From: a bacterium
GTDB lineage: Bacteria > Margulisbacteria > Marinamargulisbacteria > GCA-2716485 > JAYNIM01
Assembly (NCBI GenBank): GCA_038109055.1
Contig: JAYNIM010000012.1
Location: 1 to 23,126, forward strand
Reading direction: 5' to 3'
DNA: 23,126 nt
Part shown: positions 1-8,903 of the stretch, one piece after another
Layout: the number at the start of each line of letters is the position of its first letter
Position numbering within the stretch: the first letter of the stretch is position 1
Translations under genes and position numbers: made by a program
Notes under the pieces: generated by a model
The model's input: the letters and a program-made list of their open reading frames with translations, nothing else
Told to the model about the DNA's origin: nothing
Databases searched by the model: none

Positions 1-796
1 CCTTTTTTAACGCTTCACAATATAGGGCCACTATTTGTTTTTCTGTTAATTGGGCTTCTATTGCTACTCTTCGGCGCTGACCTGCGTTCTTATATGCCTT
101 TAGAATCTCTGCGACTTTTTTTTCAACATGCTTACTGGCACGCGTTCGTGTTATTCCTGTTCGAACCTTTGTCCAAGGATTTTTTTTGTTGCTTACCTCT
201 GAGATATCCATGCCTAAATTTTTGGCCTTATCTCGTAGAAGTTGTGCTATGACGTTGTTCTTTCCATTGCTTGCGATATCAATGGCTGTTCGTCTATTAT
301 CTTGATGCTTTAAAAACGTCTTTGTTGTCTCATTTCCTATTGTCTCTAGTATGTCTCTTAACAGCCCGACCTGTGCTGTTATCTCATCTTCGGTCTTTTG
401 TGTTGAGGCCTGATTTACTAGGGTCATTAGTTCGTTTATCAAGGATTCTTTTTGTGGCTTTTGCGCTTCTTTCTTAAAGGCTTCCCTGATATATTGCAAG
501 GCTGTTGCTCTCTGTTTGCCTTTTAATGTTTGATAGGTCTCTAAGAGTTCTGATATTGTTTTCGACGTCTCATTCCCTTCCCCCTCTTCAAAACAATTTG
601 TATGCCCGTCTTGAATCTTTCTTAAAAGTTGGACATAGTCAAAAGGTTTCTCTTCTAAGCCCTCCTCCGTTATTGAGTCCTCAGTTACAGCGCCCAGTAG
701 AGCATGTGCTTCACCTGCTGGATCTTCTACTGGTTTTCCCCCTCCCTGGCTCGTTCTTAATTTTTTTTGTCTGCTTGTCCTAGATACACTATCCAT
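1..796 (-). CDS. Orphan protein, 3' end outside window (>265 aa), with one ankyrin-like segment
   Basis: Hand translation: ATG at 796 preceded by GAGGAG, open to position 1 (MDSVSRTSRQKKLRTSQGGGKPVEDPAGE...QDNRRTAIDIASNGKNNVIAQLLRDK...LYCEALKK). Absent from the ORF track because it has no stop in the window. The short + ORFs at 61-783 are its shadows. Confidence 0.85.
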   Translation of the reverse strand, partial: MDSVSRTSRQKKLRTSQGGGKPVEDPAGEAHALLGAVTEDSITEEGLEEKPFDYVQLLRKIQDGHTNCFEEGEGNETSKTISELLETYQTLKGKQRATALQYIREAFKKEAQKPQKESLINELMTLVNQASTQKTEDEITAQVGLLRDILETIGNETTKTFLKHQDNRRTAIDIASNGKNNVIAQLLRDKAKNLGMDISEVSNKKNPWTKVRTGITRTRASKHVEKKVAEILKAYKNAGQRRRVAIEAQLTEKQIVALYCEALKK

Positions 797-910
797 TTTA
801 TTTATCTCCTCATCATCTCTAATACCCTTTTTGGGCTGAGCTTAAACGTTTTTACGAACTTAATTTACCCCTCTAACAATTTATCCTCTTGAGGTTCTGA
901 TATATACTTT

Positions 911-2311
911 GTGAGAATGATGAACTTAGATTGGGTAAAAATTGTGCTGGTGATGGCGCTAAAGCAGGAATGTCCTCCCTGTTTAGAACGTGTTCCTCTC
1001 CTGACCTTGGCTGCCTTGGAGGCCAAGGATTATCGTGGTCTTAACACACAGTCACAGGGACTCTTATGTCTGGTATCTGGGGTTGGCGCTGATGCTGCAC
1101 AGCGTTGTATGGACTGGGTTCGCACCCATATCCGCCCCATATTGCTCGTGAACATTGGCAGTTGTGGCAGTCAGGATCCGTGTTTGCGGGATACGCTGAT
1201 TTCTCCCTGTCTGTTATCTCACTCAGCCCAGGATCAGACCTATTCGAGTGTGGGCTGCTTTCCTTTTTTGGGGGGAGAGGCTGTTCGCCCTATTACCCAG
1301 GGTATAAGCGTTGAGTCCTTTTCTGAAGCTCATCGTGCTGATTGTATTGATATGGAGGCCTATTGGCTGGCCAAAGGCTGCCACGAACAGCATATTCCCT
1401 TTTGCTGTGTGAAGTATGTGAGTGATGCCAATACGCAGACCGATCTTCGGCAGCTTCCTCAGGCCTTTGAGCGGCTTCGAGCGCGCATGGAGGACCTGCT
1501 CTCTGGGTTATTTGTTCGCCCTGTGCATGATGTCTCGGTGATTATTCCAAGCTATAACCGTGCCTCCTTTTTGAAACGCTCTATTGAAAGTGTCTTAGAT
1601 CAACAGCTCAAGGTCGAATGTATTGTTGTGGATGATGGATCAACTGATGAAACTTCGACACTATTAGATCACTATAGGACTCGGATTCGGGTGCTACGTC
1701 ATGACGAAAATAAAGGGGTCTCTGCTGCTCGTAATACCGGCATTCGGGCGGCAACAGGTAATTGGCTTATGTTCCTAGATTCGGATGATGAATGGCTGCC
1801 TGAAAAAATTGAGGCTCAGTGTGCCTACAGTCGCGCTTACCCCTTTTTTTCCTTGTTACAATCCCAGGAACGCTGGATTCGCCATGATAAAGCTCTTGCA
1901 CAAAAAGCCTACCATCAAAAAAAAGAGGGCTTCATTTGGGAGCTCTGTTTAGCACGCTGTCTGATTTCGCCATCGTCTGTAATGATAGATCGTCGTTTGT
2001 TTGATGATGTCTCTTTTGATGAATCGCTACCTGCCTGTGAAGACTATGATCTGTGGCTACACTTTTCTCGTCGTTATTTGCTAGGCCTAGAACCCTCAAT
2101 ATCCTTGATTAAATATGCTGGACATGCAGATCAATTGTCTTTCGCTACTCCTGTTTTAGATCGTTATCGTCTTGCAAGTTTAAGCAAACATCTCGACGCG
2201 GACTGGCACCCTGTCTTTCGCAAAAAACTGTCTGAGATGTCCCATTATAAAGAAGCGATCGTACGCAAAGGAGCCATGAAGCGTAGGTTAAAGCAATCTG
2301 ATGGTGACTAA
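911..2311 (+). CDS. Fusion: nucleoside phosphorylase/MTA-SAH nucleosidase-like domain + family 2 glycosyltransferase
   Basis: N-half has MALKQE, VSGVG, NIGSCG, DMEAY, VKYVSD (PNP_UDP_1 fold motifs). C-half has VSVIIPSYNR, VVDDGSTD, GVSAARN, FLDSDD, CEDYDLW (GT-A/GT2). Start may be ATG 917 or 920. Confidence 0.85.
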   Translation: MRMMNLDWVKIVLVMALKQECPPCLERVPLLTLAALEAKDYRGLNTQSQGLLCLVSGVGADAAQRCMDWVRTHIRPILLVNIGSCGSQDPCLRDTLISPCLLSHSAQDQTYSSVGCFPFLGGEAVRPITQGISVESFSEAHRADCIDMEAYWLAKGCHEQHIPFCCVKYVSDANTQTDLRQLPQAFERLRARMEDLLSGLFVRPVHDVSVIIPSYNRASFLKRSIESVLDQQLKVECIVVDDGSTDETSTLLDHYRTRIRVLRHDENKGVSAARNTGIRAATGNWLMFLDSDDEWLPEKIEAQCAYSRAYPFFSLLQSQERWIRHDKALAQKAYHQKKEGFIWELCLARCLISPSSVMIDRRLFDDVSFDESLPACEDYDLWLHFSRRYLLGLEPSISLIKYAGHADQLSFATPVLDRYRLASLSKHLDADWHPVFRKKLSEMSHYKEAIVRKGAMKRRLKQSDGD

Positions 2312-2312
2312 T

Positions 2313-3173
2313 TTAGCGTTTTTTGACAGAAAAGCCGGGGGATAGATCATGATTTTGTAAGGTATGAAAATCGTCTGCATTATTGATTAATAAGTTCGTT
2401 GCTCGACTAATTTTAACTCGAAGTGAGGGATACATATGAAAAGAATACCCCGGTAAACGAAACTCTTTGCTTTGTTCTATTTGACCAAAATACTGTGTTT
2501 TGACAATTTTTTTACCTTTTTTATTATAAACATCAATGCGCATGGCTAGCCCCAAAGAGTTAGGATGTTTTTCTTTTGCTTTTAATATCACCCCCAAACT
2601 TTTGAACCAAATAATGGGGTTAATATTTCTCTTCACTTTTTGTGAAAAGGTATATCTTTCTTTATAAAAATAGGCAAAATTGATTGTGGCGACCGCGTCT
2701 ACATCTAATTTTTGGCAGAGATACTGGATCTCGGTTTTTTTAAACTTATGCTCTCGGTATGGAGTGACCTGATACGCATTGCTTTTAATGTTTTCGGAGG
2801 ATGTCTCTGCTTTTACAAATGATTTGTAAGTCTCGGACTCTACCACTTCTGATCCGTATATGATCTCGAAACGTTGTCCTTTTTTAAAGGTTTCCATAAT
2901 CTTTGCTGCAGATTCTTCTAAATGTACATAATCCCTGTCATCGGTGACTAGATAGCCTGAATTTTTATGTTCATCTATCACTTTTAGTTGATCCTTTTGA
3001 TTGGACCAACTAAAACGTTTATCAAAGGTGATATTTACCACGGCAATCTTCCTAATATCCTCTGGTAAATAGGATAAATTATCGTATTTTTTTGTGGTGA
3101 ATAAAAATGCATACGACAGGGTACTGGTCATAAAAACACTGACGACTACGATGCTTATTACGTGTTTGAACAT
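2313..3173 (-). CDS. Exported hypothetical protein
   Basis: The track starts it at GTG 3239, but ATG 3173 gives a signal-peptide-like N-terminus (MFKHVISIVVVSVFMTSTLSYA). Basic protein. 'IRKIAVVNITF' and 'LCQKLDVDAV' suggest an alpha/beta envelope-protein fold. Confidence 0.7.
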   Translation of the reverse strand: MFKHVISIVVVSVFMTSTLSYAFLFTTKKYDNLSYLPEDIRKIAVVNITFDKRFSWSNQKDQLKVIDEHKNSGYLVTDDRDYVHLEESAAKIMETFKKGQRFEIIYGSEVVESETYKSFVKAETSSENIKSNAYQVTPYREHKFKKTEIQYLCQKLDVDAVATINFAYFYKERYTFSQKVKRNINPIIWFKSLGVILKAKEKHPNSLGLAMRIDVYNKKGKKIVKTQYFGQIEQSKEFRLPGYSFHMYPSLRVKISRATNLLINNADDFHTLQNHDLSPGFSVKKR

Positions 3174-3355
3174 AACTCTCTCATTCTTGTGATTTTTATT
3201 TCCATTTCTTTCCCCATCAGTTCTAATACCCAAAAACACGCCCTTTTAAACATGTTATTTTGATTATTTGTCCATCATTTCTTATTTTTTAGGGATTTAT
3301 TATTTTTTTATATGATATTTTGATAGTATTAATGTATATATAAAGTTGGTGTTCA

Positions 3356-4630
3356 GTGAGTATTAAAAAATGGCTTCTATTGTCCAGTTGTATCTTCTTT
3401 TTTCTTTCTATCGGTGCTTATATTGGGGCCCGAGACATTCTATATTACCAAGGCAAATCATTCTGGATGCTTGCCCACAATTTCCCGCCCACAGCTCTTC
3501 GATCTACCGTTGTTTCTCGTTTATTGCTGCAATATCAATCATTAAAAGAACTTGTCTCTTATCGATATCGTGCTTTTCGAGCAGGTGATAAGGCTAATTT
3601 TGTATACTCAAACATTAACGCTCAACGTTTTTCGTTGGATGCCTCTAAGAATGCTTACACGCTATTGACTCATGTCGGCGCCCCCGAAGTTGTTTTAATT
3701 GATCAAGAGGGAAGTCCTGTTCATCGTTGGTATTATGATCCACATCGTCTCTTTCCAGACAGAAAAGGGATGAAGCTTGTTGTGAGACATGCCGAGCTTT
3801 TATCAGATGGAACCCTACTATGTATTTATGAAGCCCCAAGTACCACCCCTTATGGTGTTGGAATGGCTTGCTTTGACAAGAACTCCAATCTGTTATGGAA
3901 ACAATCTCTGAATATTCATCATAGTCTTGTACAATCCCCACAAAAGGAAATTTATGCTTTATTTCACGATCTTATTACATTAAAAAACAGGCAAATATTA
4001 GAAGATGGCATTTTACAACTTTCCCCTTCAGGAGACATTAAATCTAAAAAATCAATTTCTGACATGTTTCGTTATAGTGATTATAAAAATTTCATTTCTG
4101 AACCTAATTATGATTATTTGCATGGGAATAGTCTTTCGTTTATTCAGAAAACTATTCGTTTGGGGACAACCACCATTCACCCTGGGGACCTTTTACTTAG
4201 CCTAAGAAATATTAGTGTTATTGCCATTATTGATCAAACCAGTCTAACGGTAAAATGGGCCATTAAAAATTACACCAACATGCAACATAGCCCTGAGCAA
4301 TTAAAAAATGGAAATATCTTAGTTTATGATAATTTAGGCAATCTAAACCCCTACCGTTCATCCTCTGCTATTAGCCGTGTCATTGAGTTTGACCCTGTAT
4401 CCTTGAAAACTACTTGGCAGTACCTAGGCTCGGTAAACAGTCCTTTGTTTGTGACGCCTACTGGCTCCAATTCACAAGGATTGGCGAATGGAAATGTCTT
4501 AATCTGTTTAGATCAAAAAGGTATTATTGAAGTCTCTCGAGATAAACGGGTACTCTGGCGATTGGACTTTCCTGTTCTTTATGCTAAGCGCTATCCTGCG
4601 TCTGAGCTCTCATTTTTAGGAGGTATCTAA
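3356..4630 (+). CDS. Arylsulfotransferase (ASST)-family beta-propeller protein with N-terminal anchor
   Basis: IHH, DYLHGNSL, LLLSLRN, QHSPEQLKNGNILVYDN, SRVIEFDP, QGLANGNVLI motifs typical of ASST-like proteins. Hydrophobic N-terminus. Confidence 0.8.
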   Translation: MSIKKWLLLSSCIFFFLSIGAYIGARDILYYQGKSFWMLAHNFPPTALRSTVVSRLLLQYQSLKELVSYRYRAFRAGDKANFVYSNINAQRFSLDASKNAYTLLTHVGAPEVVLIDQEGSPVHRWYYDPHRLFPDRKGMKLVVRHAELLSDGTLLCIYEAPSTTPYGVGMACFDKNSNLLWKQSLNIHHSLVQSPQKEIYALFHDLITLKNRQILEDGILQLSPSGDIKSKKSISDMFRYSDYKNFISEPNYDYLHGNSLSFIQKTIRLGTTTIHPGDLLLSLRNISVIAIIDQTSLTVKWAIKNYTNMQHSPEQLKNGNILVYDNLGNLNPYRSSSAISRVIEFDPVSLKTTWQYLGSVNSPLFVTPTGSNSQGLANGNVLICLDQKGIIEVSRDKRVLWRLDFPVLYAKRYPASELSFLGGI

Positions 4631-4839
4631 TGCCATTTGTGATCGTTTTCTCACTTTTGTTTTCATTGCTGTTATCTACTTATCTACATGCTTATGTTGG
4701 TCCCGCTCTCTCTTTTTCAATGCTCGGGTCTTTGTGGGCTTTTTTACTTTTATTTGTCTCCTCTGGTTTTTTTATTTGTCGGTGGATGATTAAGGCTTTT
4801 GTTGTAAAATTGCGCTATTTATTTAAGAAAAAACCCTAA
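4630..4839 (+). CDS. Small membrane peptide (signal-like segment, AYVGP motif, one TM, basic tail)
   Basis: TAATG 1-nt overlap with the upstream gene and 1-nt gap to the downstream gene (translational coupling). Hydrophobic 69 aa. Confidence 0.7.
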   Translation: MPFVIVFSLLFSLLLSTYLHAYVGPALSFSMLGSLWAFLLLFVSSGFFICRWMIKAFVVKLRYLFKKKP

Positions 4840-4840
4840 C

Positions 4841-5941
4841 ATGTATATTCCTTTATGGCAGCAATGGATCACACGATTATCTCTTTTCTCTCCCTCTTTT
4901 TTTACGCGTCTCGGCAGTATTGAAACGGCCTTATTTGCAGATAAACTCACCCAAATCCCTATAAAATCACCTATTTTTATTAGTGGTTTGGCTCGATGTG
5001 GAAGTAGTATTTTGTTACAGTTACTGTATCAGCAAGGAGACTCAGCGAGCTTTCGTTATCAAGATTATCCTTTCATTTGCAGCCCTATTTTATGGCATTT
5101 TTTTACTCGGCACGCTACCCAACCCAACTCTGCTGCAGTTGTTGAACGTCTTCATCAAGATGGGTTGGGGGTTTCTGTACAGAGTCCTGAATCTTTTGAT
5201 GAGGTGATATGGAAGGCTTTTTTCCCTGACTTACATTGTGATAATCATTCCGTAATTTTAGATGCTCGTCATCGGAATAAAGCCTTTGATTCCTTTTATA
5301 CTTCTAGCATTAAAAAAATGTTATATATTCATCGCAAAGATAGGTTTGTATGCAAAAATAATTATCATTTTACACGTCGTGACTATCTATTGAACTTATT
5401 CCCTGATGCCAAATTCATCTTACTGGTCAGAGACCCCTATTCGCATATTGCTTCACTCATGAAACAACATGCCCTTTTATGTAAGCTGCAGACAGAACAA
5501 CCCGCCATTCGACGGCAATTTAAACACCTCTGTCATTTTGAATTTGGCTGTGACCGCAAAGCCCTGGAATTGGATAATCCCGCTGCCCATCAACGGGTTT
5601 TGGACGCGTGGCGGCGCAATGATGATGTTGCTGGTTGGGCCCAATATTGGGCAATGGTTTATGGCTACTTAGTCGATACACTTCGTTCTGATGCTCGTCA
5701 CTTTTTTGTCGTTGATTATCAGCAACTTTGTCAGGATTCTAAGAAAACGCTTTCGGCGCTATATCGCTGGCTTAATCTTCCTATATCGGATGTATTGCTT
5801 GATAAGCAGGCTCAAACTCTTCAGCTTCCTTCTTATTATTCTGTCTCTTTTTCAAAGGAAGAAAACGCCATTATTTCTGAGTATACCCACGATACTTATA
5901 AGGCCCTTTTAAGGTTTTCTGCTAAATTCCTTGTTACGTAG
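4841..5941 (+). CDS. PAPS-dependent sulfotransferase
   Basis: 5'-PSB loop PIFISGLARCGSSIL and 3'-PB motif FPDAKFILLVRDPYSHIAS. Also SPESFDE and KNN. Confidence 0.88.
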   Translation: MYIPLWQQWITRLSLFSPSFFTRLGSIETALFADKLTQIPIKSPIFISGLARCGSSILLQLLYQQGDSASFRYQDYPFICSPILWHFFTRHATQPNSAAVVERLHQDGLGVSVQSPESFDEVIWKAFFPDLHCDNHSVILDARHRNKAFDSFYTSSIKKMLYIHRKDRFVCKNNYHFTRRDYLLNLFPDAKFILLVRDPYSHIASLMKQHALLCKLQTEQPAIRRQFKHLCHFEFGCDRKALELDNPAAHQRVLDAWRRNDDVAGWAQYWAMVYGYLVDTLRSDARHFFVVDYQQLCQDSKKTLSALYRWLNLPISDVLLDKQAQTLQLPSYYSVSFSKEENAIISEYTHDTYKALLRFSAKFLVT

Positions 5942-5954
5942 TGATTCTTTTCTG

Positions 5955-6482
5955 CTAAAGTGTCTCTATCTTGATATGATGACTAATTTTTTTGATACAC
6001 TCTGAGACAGTTTCTTCTGCTGTATTTAAGGTAAGAGAGACTTTTTTGGGTTCTTCAAAGGGATGAGAGACCCCTGTAAAATTTGCGATTTTCTTTTCTT
6101 TTGCTTGTTTATACATGCCTTTGACATCCCGCTTCTTACATATGTCAATATGACATTTTAGATACACGAGTAGTGTCTCTGGCAGCTGTTCTTTTATATA
6201 GCGCCGATATTTTTCTAAGGGGGTAATCAATGATGCGATCACGACCTTTTGTTGATCTTTCTGAGACGCTGCATACGTGACTGTTCGTTTGATATGTGTA
6301 AAACGATCTTCCATCGAAAAGCCCAAATCTGATGACACTGTTTGTCTAAGGTCATCCCCATCTAACACTAGGGCCTTTTTATTGTGTCTTGCTATTTCTT
6401 TTTCTAAGGCCCAAGCCAACGTTGTTTTTCCTGAACAGGGTAATCCAAATAACCATATCATTTTTGTCTTCATTCTTTGCAA
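5955..6482 (-). CDS. cysC: Adenylyl-sulfate (APS) kinase
   Basis: P-loop WLFGLPCSGKTT, LDGDDLR, DLGFSMEDR, RDVKGMYKQA, NFTGVSHPFEEP. Likely start ATG 6473. Confidence 0.93.
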   Translation of the reverse strand: MQRMKTKMIWLFGLPCSGKTTLAWALEKEIARHNKKALVLDGDDLRQTVSSDLGFSMEDRFTHIKRTVTYAASQKDQQKVVIASLITPLEKYRRYIKEQLPETLLVYLKCHIDICKKRDVKGMYKQAKEKKIANFTGVSHPFEEPKKVSLTLNTAEETVSECIKKISHHIKIETL

Positions 6483-6583
6483 TTAAACCATATATCTCGT
6501 TTATTTCGTAATCTTGGCTGTTTTTCCCATTTATTTTAGCATTATTTAACATTGTTAATGTTGGATATATGCCTTATGTTCCT

Positions 6584-7894
6584 CTATACACCGACACCTT
6601 TACTGTCTTTCTTATGGTATTTTTTTAGCTTTTTTCCAACGTAACACCCTATTGCGGCATGCCCTACAAAGGCGCCTAAAAATAAATCGATCACTGTCAG
6701 TTTGATGTGATAACCTAGCATACATAGCAGGGCAGAGCAGGTCATCATGATTGCGTTGATGATATTGGTGGCAGCAATGGTTCTGGCTTTCTGCGTTTGT
6801 TCTGCCTGCTGCTGTAAGATTGCGTAAAGGGGAACCACATAGACACCGCCAGCCATGGCTACAATCGTGATATCGACTAAGACTCGCCACTGCTGTAGAG
6901 ACAGGCTAAGATCTGTGAAAAGGAACGGAGCTGTAGAGGTGATCATCTGTTGGCTCACGAGATATAAATCTAGGCCAAAAAGGCTAGTGACTAGCACGGA
7001 CAAGAGGGTAAATTTCGCGTTTATCTTGCCCTTTAATAGCCGGTTACACGACAAGGACCCCACGCCTATCCCCAGCGAAAAAAGGACTAACAACAAGATC
7101 ACGATTTGTTCGTCTGCGTTGAGGATATTTTTACAATAAATGGGAATTTGACTGAGTAAAGTTGCGCCTAGAAACCAAAAACTTGAGATACCTATGATGC
7201 ATAGCCATATAAGAGGGTCTTTTTTGGCCTGTTTTAAGATCGTGCTTGTTTCCTTGAAAATGTTGAGAGAGATGTTTAAGCGGCTGTCTTGTGCTTGTGT
7301 GTGGGGGATGGCCAGGCTGCTGAGGTAGCCAATGATGCTACACGTGAGGATGATGCTGGAAATAATCCCTATGCCGTTTTGTGCAAGGATTAATAGTCCC
7401 CCTGTGAGGGTGCCGAGTAAAATGGCTAAAAAGGTAGCCGAGCTAATCCAAGCGTTGCCACTGATGAGCTCGGTTTTTCTTAAGTGTTCGGGCAGGATGC
7501 CATATTTGAGAGGGCCAAAAAAACTTGATTGGGTCCCTAAGCCAAACAGGATGATCATAAGCCCGGTGACAGAGTGGGCATAAAAGGCGACAGTCGCAGC
7601 GATCATCAAGACGATTTCCACCCATTTAATATGGCGAATTAATCGTGATTTTTCATATTTGTCGGCGAGTTTTCCGGCTGTTGCTGAAAAAAGGAAAAAG
7701 GGCAAAATAAAAAGTCCTGCCGCTAAACTGATCATTTTTTCGGCATTCAGGTCTGAGTAGGTGATGGCCTGATAGCTTAGCCATATTACCAGTGCATGTT
7801 TAAAGACGTTGTCGTTAAATGCGCCCAAAAACTGCACGATGAATAAGGGGACAAAACGCTGTGATTTTAATAGAGAAAATTGATTTTTTTGCAT
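6584..7894 (-). CDS. MFS transporter, LplT/Aas-N-terminal-like (stand-alone)
   Basis: QFLGAFNDNVFK, FILPFFLFSATAGKLADKYEK, FFGPLKYGILPE, VPLYAILQ...ARTIAATNIINA. About 12 hydrophobic segments and no fused acyltransferase domain. Confidence 0.88.
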   Translation of the reverse strand: MQKNQFSLLKSQRFVPLFIVQFLGAFNDNVFKHALVIWLSYQAITYSDLNAEKMISLAAGLFILPFFLFSATAGKLADKYEKSRLIRHIKWVEIVLMIAATVAFYAHSVTGLMIILFGLGTQSSFFGPLKYGILPEHLRKTELISGNAWISSATFLAILLGTLTGGLLILAQNGIGIISSIILTCSIIGYLSSLAIPHTQAQDSRLNISLNIFKETSTILKQAKKDPLIWLCIIGISSFWFLGATLLSQIPIYCKNILNADEQIVILLLVLFSLGIGVGSLSCNRLLKGKINAKFTLLSVLVTSLFGLDLYLVSQQMITSTAPFLFTDLSLSLQQWRVLVDITIVAMAGGVYVVPLYAILQQQAEQTQKARTIAATNIINAIMMTCSALLCMLGYHIKLTVIDLFLGAFVGHAAIGCYVGKKLKKYHKKDSKGVGV

Positions 7895-8062
7895 CTACTC
7901 TGATGGTAGCATGTTATTGTCTGCTCCTAATATTTAATGCGCCTAAATGGGCCATACTACATCTAGAAAAACGTGCAGACTACCGTCAGCGAAGCCTTCA
8001 GGCGCAGCGTGTAGTTCAACGTTTGTATAGGCGTGCTAGGGGACATGTTTATGGTGTTGGAG

Positions 8063-8136
<74 letters not shown>

Positions 8137-8144
8137 ATGTTGCT

Positions 8145-8173
8145 AGTATAGCAAATGCCTGTTTACTTGATAA
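8145..8173 (-). promoter_or_regulatory. Putative sigma70 promoter of tRNA-Arg
   Basis: TTATCA-17 nt-TATACT with extended -10 TGc, ending 8 nt upstream of the tRNA 5' end. Confidence 0.55.
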
Positions 8174-8441
8174 CTCTCCTATCGCTTATTTCGTGTAACG
8201 CTGATTTTTGAATGCCTAAAAAGAGGCCGGCTAACGACTTAAAAGCACTCTCTTTTCTCACTAATCCTTATCCCTTTTAGCTATGATCGTGTTATTATTT
8301 TTGACAAGTCGCTGATAGGTTCTTTTTGAATAGGCTATTTTTTAAACGTCATACAAGGGATAATAAAGCTGATGACAAAAGGGATCATTTTATGGATGGA
8401 TTTTAAATTAATGATTGCTTTGAAGCAACTGGATGTTCGAC

Positions 8442-8816
8442 TTAGCTTTGGAACACCTTCTTTAAGTAGGCATTAATCTCTTTTGATTCATACATCCATG
8501 TTGTGGTGTTTTTACTGTCTTCGATCCTGAGGCAAGGCACTTTGATTTTGCCGCCACCACTTAGAAGTGCGTCTCGATCTTTGGGTGATTTTTTGGCATC
8601 TTTAAGTTCAATGTTAATATTTAAACGCCTTATCTCTCTTCGAACCCGCACACAAAAGGGACAAAGATGAAACTGATAAAGCTGCATGTTTTTGGCCTGT
8701 TGATTGGCTTTTTCTTGCTCGATATCCGAGCGTTTGATCTTTTGAACGGGCATAAGCGCATCGATCCCAACAATAAGTTGGCCTAATAGATAACGGATCA
8801 CACGTATAAAACTCAT
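8442..8816 (-). CDS. Glutaredoxin/GST-N-terminal-domain protein (CPFC)
   Basis: LYQFHLCPFCVRVRR, GGGKIKVPCLRIE, WMYESKEINAYL. ATG 8816 preferred over TTG 8900. Confidence 0.88.
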   Translation of the reverse strand: MSFIRVIRYLLGQLIVGIDALMPVQKIKRSDIEQEKANQQAKNMQLYQFHLCPFCVRVRREIRRLNINIELKDAKKSPKDRDALLSGGGKIKVPCLRIEDSKNTTTWMYESKEINAYLKKVFQS

Positions 8817-8903
8817 GGTTCTTACTATACCATATCTCCTTATGTTCGATGTAGATGTGACTATTTTTGATGGCGGCTTCGTTTCTGAAGGTTTTGACAA
8901 TCC

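Noticed and set aside
61..783. Three short Leu/Phe-rich + ORFs
   Set aside because: Antisense shadows of the <1..796 minus-strand gene.
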